Notes: generated by a model not told the origin, from the letters alone. A stretch of DNA of 35,302 nt from an uncultured Candidatus Saccharibacteria bacterium (GCA_964402035.1 CAYOAM010000003.1:228657-263958), one strand, 5' to 3'; shown: positions 17,289 through 26,669, counted from the stretch's first letter. A program made the numbers and translations.

Positions 17289-18797
17289 ATGTATGCGGAT
17301 GAAGAATTAGATATTTTTAAAGACGTTTCCCTTCAGGAAGTCGTTTCAGCAAAGAAATTTAAATTCCTGGGTATTAAGGGATATATGGTTCGGATTGCTT
17401 TGTCTGTCCTGTACAAGTTCGTTGGAAAGAGCGTATTTTTTAAAGTACCAGAAAATCTTTCATGGATGGAACCCGAAGCTGTTACGTTCTTACCAATACT
17501 CGGTGTACTTAAAAAGCAAGGTTTCTTTAATAATGGTACACATATTATTACTAAACATGGCGGCTATGCTGATGAACCATACGCGCATGTCTATTTTGTG
17601 GGCGCTCACGGAGGAGGAGTTGATTTTTTTAGTCAAAAAAAATCGATCTGGAAAGCACTTGCTGAACATGTGGAGAGATATCTCTGGAAAGATACTGATC
17701 TTTCGCATCTTATTTCAGACAGTGTTTACGCATCGTATCAGGATCTTTGTCGGAGTCGGCAGGTGCTCAATATAGATCGATTGGCTGGTTTTTCTTCTGT
17801 GCAGCGAGAGAAGATTTCATCACTTCAGTATAGTCATATGTCAAAATTTCGGTGGGTGAGAGGATATGGAAACCACGGAGAGATATGGGTGCCCTTGCAG
17901 TTAGTGAGTGTTAAACATTTTGCACGATATGTACAAACACCACTGCAAGAAAAAAGTGTTCCTGATGCTGAGCCGCTTTTGCGGTCGGTGATTACAACAG
18001 GTCTCGCTACAGGACCGTCCCTTGAAGAAGCGGTTGTAAAAGGTGTGTTGGAGGTGATAGAACGTGATGCTTTTATGGTATCCTATCTCAATAGCATTAA
18101 CTGCCCAAGAGTTGATCTTCAAGATGCTCGTATTCGAGACAAGGATATCGAGGATGTTCTCCGTCCTTTTGATAGGTATAATCTAGAAGTGGTTGTGGTG
18201 AGATTAGTCACCGATTTCTCTTCCGTGTATGTATACGCTGCAATTATCATTGATCGCACAGGAAAAGGACCAGCGGTAACGGTTGGTGCAAAAGCCGATT
18301 TTTCTCCCAAAGCGGCCTTAATTGGGTCAATAAGTGAAAGTTTAGGTGTTCGTTATGCAGCTAAACAGACATTTCATAAAGTTCTTGATCCTGATGTGCG
18401 AAAAATGGATAGGGATGAGCGAGTAGTATATTGGGCCAGCTCAACCGAAATGATTGAAAAAATATCCTTTTTCTTTAAAGGAAAGCAAGAGCAAATAAAT
18501 TTTTTACCAGCCGAGGATGATCGTTTGGGTGATATTCAGTATTATAAAAAGAAAATGTCGCATCTTATGTGTGAGATTGAACGGAAGGGTTATGTTTGCG
18601 CGTATGTAGATTTAACACCAAATTGTATGCAATCATTGGGTTTGCATACAGCTTTTGTGATTATTCCTGAGCTACAACCACTTTATCTCAAAGAAGCCAT
18701 TCCATACTTGGGTGGCTCTCGTCTAAGGGAGGTGCCAATTCGGTGTGGGTATGAGTCAGCTTCAGTCTTAAATACAATTCCGCACCCATTCCCGTAG
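17289..18797 (+). CDS. ycaO: YcaO-family ATP-dependent cyclodehydratase
   Basis: KALAEHVERY, TTGLATGPSLEEAVVKGVLEVIERDAF, IIPELQPL and C-terminal PHPFP (PxPxP-type tail). Confidence 0.95.
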   Translation: MYADEELDIFKDVSLQEVVSAKKFKFLGIKGYMVRIALSVLYKFVGKSVFFKVPENLSWMEPEAVTFLPILGVLKKQGFFNNGTHIITKHGGYADEPYAHVYFVGAHGGGVDFFSQKKSIWKALAEHVERYLWKDTDLSHLISDSVYASYQDLCRSRQVLNIDRLAGFSSVQREKISSLQYSHMSKFRWVRGYGNHGEIWVPLQLVSVKHFARYVQTPLQEKSVPDAEPLLRSVITTGLATGPSLEEAVVKGVLEVIERDAFMVSYLNSINCPRVDLQDARIRDKDIEDVLRPFDRYNLEVVVVRLVTDFSSVYVYAAIIIDRTGKGPAVTVGAKADFSPKAALIGSISESLGVRYAAKQTFHKVLDPDVRKMDRDERVVYWASSTEMIEKISFFFKGKQEQINFLPAEDDRLGDIQYYKKKMSHLMCEIERKGYVCAYVDLTPNCMQSLGLHTAFVIIPELQPLYLKEAIPYLGGSRLREVPIRCGYESASVLNTIPHPFP

Positions 18798-18800
18798 CAT

Positions 18801-19574
18801 ATGATTTTTGGCCACTTAAGTAAATTATTTCATAAAAAAACCACTGGTCTTTTGGCGCCAGGAATTATTCCTGCTGACAGCAGATTGTGGCCAAAGGAGT
18901 GGGTTACTGTTGAGTACAAGACGTATCCGCGCATGGATCGTGTTGCTCTTTCTGCGCCAACCCCATTTTCAAATACGTATGAAAACATGTTGCGTACCCG
19001 TGCATCACTGCGTGATTTTGATCCTGCAAAAAGTCTCACACATAAAGAAGTCTCAACGTTGTTGTATTGGACAGTGGGTGAGGCGAACTTTTCAAACGCC
19101 CTAGATAATGATAGGAATCGTCGTTCTGCTCAAAAACGCTTTTATCCTTCGGGTGGGGGACGATATCCTGTCGAAACGTATATATCCATTCGGAATAGCA
19201 GAGAGATCGCATCGGGTGTGTACCACTACAACATTAAAGAGCATTCTTTAGAGCGGCTTTTAGGACCAGAAGGTGATCTCTTGGTCAAAAATGCTCTCAC
19301 CTATCCATGGTCAAAGGACGCACCATTTGTGCTCATGTTTACCGCAGTATGGAATCGTAATTTTATGAAGTATCGTGATTTTGGGTACAGAATTGTCCTT
19401 CTGGAAACAGGTCATGTTGCACAAAACGCAGTCATATCTGCCACAGGGCTGGGCCTTGGTTGTTGTACGCTTGCGGGCTTTAGAACTGAAGAAATGGCAA
19501 AAATACTTGATATAGATATGATGATTGAGGCGCCAACATACGTTATTGCCATGGGGCATCCAAAAATGGGGTAG
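18801..19574 (+). CDS. SagB/ThcOx-family FMN-dependent azoline dehydrogenase
   Basis: RASLRDF, RFYPSGGGRYPVETY, GVYHYN, MKYRDFGYR (Lys-Tyr motif), LETGHVAQN; 3 nt after the ycaO stop. Confidence 0.93.
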   Translation: MIFGHLSKLFHKKTTGLLAPGIIPADSRLWPKEWVTVEYKTYPRMDRVALSAPTPFSNTYENMLRTRASLRDFDPAKSLTHKEVSTLLYWTVGEANFSNALDNDRNRRSAQKRFYPSGGGRYPVETYISIRNSREIASGVYHYNIKEHSLERLLGPEGDLLVKNALTYPWSKDAPFVLMFTAVWNRNFMKYRDFGYRIVLLETGHVAQNAVISATGLGLGCCTLAGFRTEEMAKILDIDMMIEAPTYVIAMGHPKMG

Positions 19575-19606
19575 CCTCTCGCTTGGTGTTGTATGATGAA
19601 TGTATC

Positions 19607-20395
19607 ATGATGCAAAAACGCTGGTTGTATGGGGTGGCAACAATAGTTATCCTCGTGCTTGGTGTGTATATGGCAAGGGAAAATGTTTCACAATATCTTG
19701 TTGCGCACGCTTCCCCACGCACAGCATCGGTGATTGGTTTTGATAAACCGGCAGTATTTTTTTCCATAGGGAATTATTATTTTGGTGGTGGGATGTACGA
19801 TGTTGCGCGAGCTAAAGAAGCTTACAAAAAAGCGCTTGAACTTTCTGGCGATAGTCCGCAGAGCGATATCCACTATCAGCTTGCGCGAATCTACTTTATA
19901 GAAGGAGATTTTTATAATGCCCTCTACGAAATCGATAAGGAGATCGTACGATTCCCCGAGAATAAGCGTTCGTATTATGTGCGAGGTCTCATTTATGGTT
20001 TTATGAGACAGTATGAAAAAGCAGAAGATGATTTTCTTACTTTTATCGCGTGGAAAAAAAATGGTTGGGCTGCCTACAATGATCTTGCATGGATCTACTT
20101 TATGGAGGGTGAATTTGAGGGGGTTCGTGTAGCAGCCGAAGGAGGACTGAGATATCATCCAGACAATCCATGGCTTAATAACACGTTGGGGGTCGCGTTG
20201 CTCAATCTTGGTTTTAAAGAAGAGGCCCTGCGACGATTCCTTAATGCACAGGTATCTTTTGGTCATTTAACGAAAGAGGACTGGGGTAAGGCATATCCGG
20301 GAAATGATCCCCGTAGCTATGATCGAGGATTTGCATCAATGGGGGAACAAATTAAAAAAAATATTGCATTGACGGGTGATGCTCAGGTGGATTAA
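19607..20395 (+). CDS. membrane-anchored TPR protein
   Basis: N-terminal TM; repeats HYQLARIYFIEGDF..AL, YYVRGLIYGF..QYEKA, AYNDLAWIYF, NTLGVALLNLG..EEA. Confidence 0.88.
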   Translation: MMQKRWLYGVATIVILVLGVYMARENVSQYLVAHASPRTASVIGFDKPAVFFSIGNYYFGGGMYDVARAKEAYKKALELSGDSPQSDIHYQLARIYFIEGDFYNALYEIDKEIVRFPENKRSYYVRGLIYGFMRQYEKAEDDFLTFIAWKKNGWAAYNDLAWIYFMEGEFEGVRVAAEGGLRYHPDNPWLNNTLGVALLNLGFKEEALRRFLNAQVSFGHLTKEDWGKAYPGNDPRSYDRGFASMGEQIKKNIALTGDAQVD

Positions 20396-20435
20396 TGGGG
20401 TATTTTTTTTTGATCAGGTGATATTATGGATATAC

Positions 20436-22247
20436 ATGTTACAGATCCTCATGCGTTATGGTGCCAGGCCACTATTCATTGCGTCTGCCGGTGTACTGTT
20501 TTTTGTTGGATCTGTGGTATTTGTTGGTAGTGCGAATGTTGAGCATCTTGCCTCAGTTGAGGTCGGTTATGCGGCATTTTCCCCGAAAGGGGAAGTGGGC
20601 GGTAGTATTTTTCCTGCGTCGTGCGAATCTATTCCAGAATTTGAACATAATCTTGGGGAATGTGATGTGTCTACAACTCTAAGTTTTGAGGTGCAATTGG
20701 ACACCGCGCCAAATATTCTTTTTACGGGTGAGGTGGCGAATGTTCATTGGAAAGTCACCACTGGCGTTGGTTGGTTGCCACCAACAATAAATGATGAGAT
20801 TGCTCTTTTTAGGGTTGGTACAAGTGATGCGTCGCAATTAGATTATTTCAAAAATACTGTACCAGACACAGAAAGAACTGTGCCTGTAACAATAGTGCAA
20901 CCAGCCGGTAATTATGAGTTTCGTTATTTCTACAATGATGCAGGTGTACTGAAGCGTGTCGCAACGAGCAACCAGTTTACGGTGGGGAATTCTCGTATTG
21001 ATCTTGTATCGACCAATCTTGCCATGTCTGGTGGCGGTACCGTGATCACCATCGGTGCTCCCGCAGTCACCTTTACGGCAGATGTAAAAAACATCGGCAC
21101 CGCTGCAGCCACCACTTTCGACGACCAATTTTTATATGCGTATGTGACGGGGGGTGTAGTTGGTACTTTTTATCCCATCACTCCTGATATTTCTCATTTA
21201 AGTTTGGGGCCAAATGCTACTGAGGTTGATACATCCGGATCTTTTAGTCCATTAACTCCCGGGACGATAGTCGTGCGCCACTATGTGGATGCACATTCTG
21301 CCGTTGCCGAAGCAAACGAGGTGGACAATTTTTCAGAAAAGACCTTTACCGTGAGAGATACACTTGCGGTAACGTGTTCGGTAGCCGGATCACCAATCAT
21401 AAAGGGAGATTCTGCAGTTTGGACAGCAACACTTTCGGTTACGGGCGCTCCAAACTATACATACGAGTGGTCTGGTACGGATGGGTTTAGTGATACTAAT
21501 GTTGTGCCGGGAACTTCAAATACACAGTCGCACACGTACAATGTCCCTGGGACCAAGACTGCATCTGTGCGAGTCACTGATAGTGCAGGTGAAACCACTG
21601 GCTGGGTGGCATGCTCCAATAGTCTGACGGTCAATAATCCGCCGACTCCCGTTGCAAATATTGAAGCGAGAGTGACAGGTGGCCCATGGACTGGTGGAAC
21701 TCTCTATATTGTTGATGGGCAGGAAATTGAGTTACGCTGGAATTCGGTGAATGCTTCTGAATGCGCAGGTACAAACTTTTCAACAGGCGCAGCGCCAAAC
21801 GGTTTTGGTCAAACAGTGGGTGCGGGTGGTGTAGTTGAGCCCGGTCCAGGCTTGTCAACCCCTTATTCAGTAACGTGTCACAACGGTGCACCTCCTCCTC
21901 AGGATACGGATACTGTGACGGTAAATAAAGCACTAGTGGGAGTTGGTGGAGCAGCATCAATCAGAGCGATTCCAAGCCGCGTTCGTACTAATCAGTCTAC
22001 GGTCATAGATGGGACGGTCAATGCACATACTGGGTGTGTTATTACGGGACGCGCTATTGATCCAAGTAATCTTGATGGGGATGGAGATGCTGATACGCTT
22101 GATTTGACTACTTTGGGTATTGTTGCGGGGTATGGTCCGTATACAACAGGGCCAATAGTAGGCACCACTGCATATACACTTTCGTGCACATCCGGTGGTA
22201 CCGGTACAGCTATTGTTCGAGCACTCCCTACTTTTGAAGAGATTTAA
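20436..22247 (+). CDS. exported CARDB/PKD-like Ig-fold surface protein (paralog 1)
   Basis: N-terminal TM/signal; CARDB-type DL...VKNIG...VD....VAEANEVDN; PKD-like YTYEWSGTDG...YNVPGTKTASV; Thr/Gly/Val rich; ends VRALPTFEEI. Confidence 0.8.
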   Translation: MLQILMRYGARPLFIASAGVLFFVGSVVFVGSANVEHLASVEVGYAAFSPKGEVGGSIFPASCESIPEFEHNLGECDVSTTLSFEVQLDTAPNILFTGEVANVHWKVTTGVGWLPPTINDEIALFRVGTSDASQLDYFKNTVPDTERTVPVTIVQPAGNYEFRYFYNDAGVLKRVATSNQFTVGNSRIDLVSTNLAMSGGGTVITIGAPAVTFTADVKNIGTAAATTFDDQFLYAYVTGGVVGTFYPITPDISHLSLGPNATEVDTSGSFSPLTPGTIVVRHYVDAHSAVAEANEVDNFSEKTFTVRDTLAVTCSVAGSPIIKGDSAVWTATLSVTGAPNYTYEWSGTDGFSDTNVVPGTSNTQSHTYNVPGTKTASVRVTDSAGETTGWVACSNSLTVNNPPTPVANIEARVTGGPWTGGTLYIVDGQEIELRWNSVNASECAGTNFSTGAAPNGFGQTVGAGGVVEPGPGLSTPYSVTCHNGAPPPQDTDTVTVNKALVGVGGAASIRAIPSRVRTNQSTVIDGTVNAHTGCVITGRAIDPSNLDGDGDADTLDLTTLGIVAGYGPYTTGPIVGTTAYTLSCTSGGTGTAIVRALPTFEEI

Positions 22248-22459
22248 TTTAGATACCTACGTCCTTCGAAATCCCCCGCGACCTTTGGTCGCGGGTTTGC
22301 TAGGGCAGGTTATCGCCGAATGGATGTACTACTCGCAGCCTGAAATAATCCAATAGACTGACCAATCAAAATACTAGAAAAAGAAAAAACCCGCGGAGCG
22401 TGGCTCGCGCGGGTCGATGGGGAGTTTTGTTATGTGGACGGAGCGTAGGCCTTTGATGT

Positions 22460-23029
22460 TCAGCGTGTCTTGATTGATGCGAGGATTGTGTCAATGATGC
22501 GGTCTCCGTTTTGGGCCACTTCGAGAAAAGTGTCTGTGTTCACGTTTGCGACACGAGCGAAGAAAGGAACGCCCGCTGTTGTGCTTCCGTAGATAAATGC
22601 AAGATTCGCAAAACGTGTGCCTTTTCGGTACTGGTACAGCTCGAGCGTAATATCCTTCAATCCTGCATGTATCAGAGAAACCTTCTTGTGAGGTGCGATA
22701 GTCTCGCCTGACTGGTACGCTTGCTTGTCTTCCCTTACGAATACGCCAGGAGAAGGGCCTGAGCTTATAGAGCTGATGTACTTGTCACGTGTCTGCTCGT
22801 TGTTAAGTCCTGGTTGCACGTTGAACCAGATATTTGCATGTTCGAGCTTCTGGCCAGGCTGTGAATCTGAACAGGACCACAATTTCCATTCCCCTGGTTT
22901 CTTAGAAGCACTCACTGTGCAGGTCCATCGAGAAGGTAGATCGAGAGAGATGCGATAGATGTCGGTCGCCCCCACAACGCTCACGGGCAACAGAAGTATT
23001 GCGAGAAACGAGACTACACGAAAGAACAT
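22460..23029 (-). CDS. secreted hypothetical protein
   Basis: Start moved to MFFRVVSFLAILLLPVSVVGA (signal peptide), preceded by GGGAGG; C-terminal IDTILASIK loosely PsbP/DcrB-like. Confidence 0.7.
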   Translation of the reverse strand: MFFRVVSFLAILLLPVSVVGATDIYRISLDLPSRWTCTVSASKKPGEWKLWSCSDSQPGQKLEHANIWFNVQPGLNNEQTRDKYISSISSGPSPGVFVREDKQAYQSGETIAPHKKVSLIHAGLKDITLELYQYRKGTRFANLAFIYGSTTAGVPFFARVANVNTDTFLEVAQNGDRIIDTILASIKTR

Positions 23030-23191
23030 GGTCTTCCTCCCATTGGTTGGACTGCATACTGTTTGTACTATACTGCGAGACAAGAAATTGTCCAGACGTG
23101 GTGTAGCGTGCTGTGGGTGGATAATTGTTCTGTGCGGTGTTGCCATTTTGCGTAATAATAGGTCTATTGTTAGTCACTCATTTTTTAGTAC

Positions 23192-24289
23192 ATGGAAATG
23201 GATATTAATACTCCGCAGACTGATGAGGTGGTTCGTATTATGGATCAGCGGACGGTTGCGACGCGGAGGATCTATATATTTGTTGCGCTTCTAGTGCTCG
23301 CAATTTTTTCGGTGATGGGATACACATTGAAGCGTGATGGATTTATTGGTGCAGACCGTATGAAACCGGTACTGGATACGAACGTCGCAAGTCCCGAAGC
23401 GTCAGGAAACATTATCCTCACACTCGTACCCGATGATCGCAGCCATATGGGATTGTACTCATTTGATGTGAAGGCGGGCACATTGGCTCCGTATCTGTTG
23501 CCAAAAGGCAAGACCGCTATCGTGGGTGGGGGTGCTGCGGCAGATTCAAATATTCTGCCCCTTGCATCCAATATGGAGGCAGGCACGGGTGATGCAAAAA
23601 AACTACAGATCTTTCTCCACAATACGCAGAGTGGTATTGATACGAAGGTGACAACGAGTGATGTATCACAAAAAAGAAATCCAACAGTAGCTGCGAATGG
23701 CTCTATCGCTTTTAGCGGGAGTCCTGTAGTGAAAGAAGGAATTATTGATCCTGAAGATCTTGTTTTATATCTTATAGATCGGAGCTTTGCTGATAAGGCC
23801 AATAGTGTAGAAGTAAAGATAGGACGTGGTATGTTCCCACATTTTTCTCCCGATGGATCAAAGATCCTATATTTAGGTAATGCAGGTCTCTACCTCTACG
23901 ATAGTGCCAATAAAGCGACGTCACTTGTGTGGCAAGCAAAGGGAGGTGCTGCGCGTGCAAACATGCAGTTTTCTGTTTCTGATAAGGGGGATCGATTGGC
24001 GTGGACGAATCCAAACACGGGTATTGTTTCACTCTTTAGGATCAATGTATGGGACCCTTTCTCAATGGTGTTTGAAAAAGAAATACCGGTATATGCATTT
24101 TGGCCGGTGTTTTCTCCAGATGGAGCACATCTTGCACTTGAAGTTGTTGACGTGGCAGATGAGGGCAGAGCACCAAACAACCAGCGTCTTATGATCTATG
24201 ATCTAACAACACTTGAAGGAAAAGTCGTACAGGATCTTAAAGGCTTTGTGCAGTCGGCGATGTACATTAATGAATGGGTGAATAATTAA
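23192..24289 (+). CDS. membrane-anchored TolB-like/PD40 beta-propeller protein
   Basis: N-terminal TM; repeats NPTVAANGSIAF, FPHFSPDGSKILY, SVSDKGDRLAW, WPVFSPDGAHLA. Confidence 0.85.
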   Translation: MEMDINTPQTDEVVRIMDQRTVATRRIYIFVALLVLAIFSVMGYTLKRDGFIGADRMKPVLDTNVASPEASGNIILTLVPDDRSHMGLYSFDVKAGTLAPYLLPKGKTAIVGGGAAADSNILPLASNMEAGTGDAKKLQIFLHNTQSGIDTKVTTSDVSQKRNPTVAANGSIAFSGSPVVKEGIIDPEDLVLYLIDRSFADKANSVEVKIGRGMFPHFSPDGSKILYLGNAGLYLYDSANKATSLVWQAKGGAARANMQFSVSDKGDRLAWTNPNTGIVSLFRINVWDPFSMVFEKEIPVYAFWPVFSPDGAHLALEVVDVADEGRAPNNQRLMIYDLTTLEGKVVQDLKGFVQSAMYINEWVNN

Positions 24290-24294
24290 TCAAT

Positions 24295-26469
24295 ATGCAC
24301 ACACTAAAAAATTATGTTGTCGTACTGATTGTTGGAGCACTCTTCATGTTTGTAGGAACCTTGGTGGTGAGTTTCGGTCAGGATCGGTTGGTCTTTGCCC
24401 AAGAGGCAGACGGGGGTGAGCCGGGTGGTATTGGTGGAGGTCCCACGGACGGCCCCACGGATGCTCCCGCGGATGGACCAACGGACGCGCCCTCAGATAA
24501 AGATGTGGATGTTTCTAGTTCATTTGGACTTGAACCCGGTTCCGTCACATGCGCCAACACCACCGACCTTGGTGCAGGAGGTCCTGCAGACAGTATCGAT
24601 CCCTCGACGGGGATACCAATCATCACTGGCTCAAGCTTTAGGGCTGTCTTGAGCGCCTCGTGTGATGGTTCGCCACATGCAAAGATTCGTGTTGATTATG
24701 TGGGTCTCTCGTGTAGTGACCAGGTTGATATCTACTATCAGACCACCAAGATAGATCGCAATGGATGTGCGACAAATAGTTTTTTTGAATTTCGCCATGA
24801 CGCGGTGTCACCAGTAGCGAGCGTGCCGGGTGTATATCCGGTACGTCTCAATGCTGTATCAGGCGGTCGCGTGACTGAAACCACCACGGGTAATGTTTCT
24901 GTACCCGACTGTAGCTCGGCTAAACCGGACGTTGTACCAGCAGCGCCAACCTACTCGACCATGACACAGCTCTTTGCAGGGTCAGTGACAAACAGTGCGT
25001 ACACAGCAGCAGGAAGTTTTCAAAACAAATTTGAAATTGATTATGGTCGCGATGGTACAGTGGATGTGACACTGAGTGGGGCAGGCACAGCAGTTGTTTC
25101 ACTTGCACCACGAGGTACCGCCTCGCTCGGAAGTGCTGTATGGACAGGGCCGGCGGGTAATCATCGTGTACGGGTTGTTGCTGATAGCGGGCGCACACTC
25201 GATGAGGAACGTGAGGACAATAATGTATCTGCGTGGACTGATTTTGTTATTCCAAAACCAGATCTCATCTCAGCAGGGCTTGGTATTGCAGGTGGGGCGA
25301 CATCGATTGTGGCGAATACACCAACAACACTCGTGGCACAGGTACAAAATACAGGGAGTGGTGTTGCGGGATACTTTGAAGATCGATTCTCATACAGTTA
25401 CGGTGGATTGGGCGGATTCTTTATACCTATTTCACCCGATGTTGCGCACGTATCTCTCGCACCTGGTGCGCCGGTGACTGATACTGCAGGAAGTTTTACT
25501 CCCACATCACCCGGAACTATTACGGTAAAGCACTGTGTCGATGAATTTTTTTCGGTTGCAGAATCAAATGAAGGGAATAACTGTTCGACACAAAGCTATA
25601 CGGTAACGAGCGATATTATGGTCGCGAGCTGCTCAGTTGATGACGGCGATGTCGAAGTGGGTGACCCTGTGGTGTGGTCTGCGACCGCAACCGGTGGATC
25701 AGGCTCGTATATATTTACTTGGATGAGTACCGATGGACCATCGGGTGACGGCAACACGAAAACGGTTGCGTATGGTACGACGGGTGCAAAGACCGCCTCG
25801 GTGATTGCGCGTGACGCACTCGATCTTACAAAGACGAGTGGAGCGGTTTCTTGTTCGACATTCGGCACATCGGTCACGGTTACTCCTTCGACCAATCCTA
25901 CGGCGGAACTCAAGGTGCGCATCGATAGTCCGGGATCTACATGGACATCAGGACCACTCAATATCACGGCTGCTGACCAGATTCAATTGAAGTGGGATTC
26001 CACAAACGCCGCACGGTGCGATGCACTTGCATACTTTGATACGGGACGAGCGGTACGTGGTGAGACATCGGGCGTTGGTGGGGTAGAAGAGCCTACCGCT
26101 GGGTCACGAACATATACCGTTGTCTGTGATGGTAAACGGGATGAGGTGACCGTAAACTTTGTCACTTCAGGTCCTGGGGGAAATCCTACTATTTCCGCAA
26201 ATCCTGGTCGCGTACGTGCAGGAAATACTAGTACCGTGGTGGGTACTCTCAATGGGCATACCGGATGTGTGATCACCGGAAGAGACATTGATCCATTTAA
26301 TAGCGATGGAGATGGCAATCCAAGCACGCGTTTGGTAGGAGGGTCAGGTGCTTTTGGTCCGTATGTTACCGGTCCTATTGTGGGCACGACACCGTTCCGT
26401 CTATCCTGTGCGTCGGGTGGTAGTGCTGTAGCTACTGTGCGAGTGATCTCAAGTGAGATAGAAATTTGA
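24295..26469 (+). CDS. exported CARDB/PKD-like Ig-fold surface protein (paralog 2)
   Basis: Signal ending VFA-Q, G/P/T/D linker, two CARDB-like domains (KPDV...DEEREDNN; KPDL...VAESNEGNN), PKD-like domain; C-terminal half collinear with paralog 1. Confidence 0.82.
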   Translation: MHTLKNYVVVLIVGALFMFVGTLVVSFGQDRLVFAQEADGGEPGGIGGGPTDGPTDAPADGPTDAPSDKDVDVSSSFGLEPGSVTCANTTDLGAGGPADSIDPSTGIPIITGSSFRAVLSASCDGSPHAKIRVDYVGLSCSDQVDIYYQTTKIDRNGCATNSFFEFRHDAVSPVASVPGVYPVRLNAVSGGRVTETTTGNVSVPDCSSAKPDVVPAAPTYSTMTQLFAGSVTNSAYTAAGSFQNKFEIDYGRDGTVDVTLSGAGTAVVSLAPRGTASLGSAVWTGPAGNHRVRVVADSGRTLDEEREDNNVSAWTDFVIPKPDLISAGLGIAGGATSIVANTPTTLVAQVQNTGSGVAGYFEDRFSYSYGGLGGFFIPISPDVAHVSLAPGAPVTDTAGSFTPTSPGTITVKHCVDEFFSVAESNEGNNCSTQSYTVTSDIMVASCSVDDGDVEVGDPVVWSATATGGSGSYIFTWMSTDGPSGDGNTKTVAYGTTGAKTASVIARDALDLTKTSGAVSCSTFGTSVTVTPSTNPTAELKVRIDSPGSTWTSGPLNITAADQIQLKWDSTNAARCDALAYFDTGRAVRGETSGVGGVEEPTAGSRTYTVVCDGKRDEVTVNFVTSGPGGNPTISANPGRVRAGNTSTVVGTLNGHTGCVITGRDIDPFNSDGDGNPSTRLVGGSGAFGPYVTGPIVGTTPFRLSCASGGSAVATVRVISSEIEI

Positions 26470-26613
26470 GCACGTAAAACCCCCATCTACTTCGTTGCAT
26501 GCGTCGCTCGAACCGCTCATAAGAAGATTGAGAAATATGCCCCCGGCATATTTCTCTGGCTCGGGTCCTCGCTCCTATGCGCCTTGTATCTGTAGGTTTT
26601 TACGTGCTCAAAT
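26464..26613. repeat. 150-bp element bounded by 16-bp perfect inverted repeats (MITE/REP-like)
   Basis: ATTTGAGCACGTAAAA (26464-26479) and TTTTACGTGCTCAAAT (26598-26613); internal hairpin GAGAAATATGCC/GGCATATTTCTC. Confidence 0.75.
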
Positions 26614-26669
26614 AAAGTCCTAAGCAATTTCTGTTGCATGTTAGTGTTTTGTAGGGTATAGTACGCGAC

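Noticed and set aside
17289-18797. TfuA-dependent thioamide YcaO or stand-alone housekeeping YcaO
   Set aside because: No TfuA gene visible; the PHPFP tail and adjacent SagB-type dehydrogenase favour azole chemistry.
19688-26486. Long antisense ORFs (19688..20266, 23272..23802, 25983..26486 and others)
   Set aside because: Shadow frames of well-supported genes on the opposite strand.
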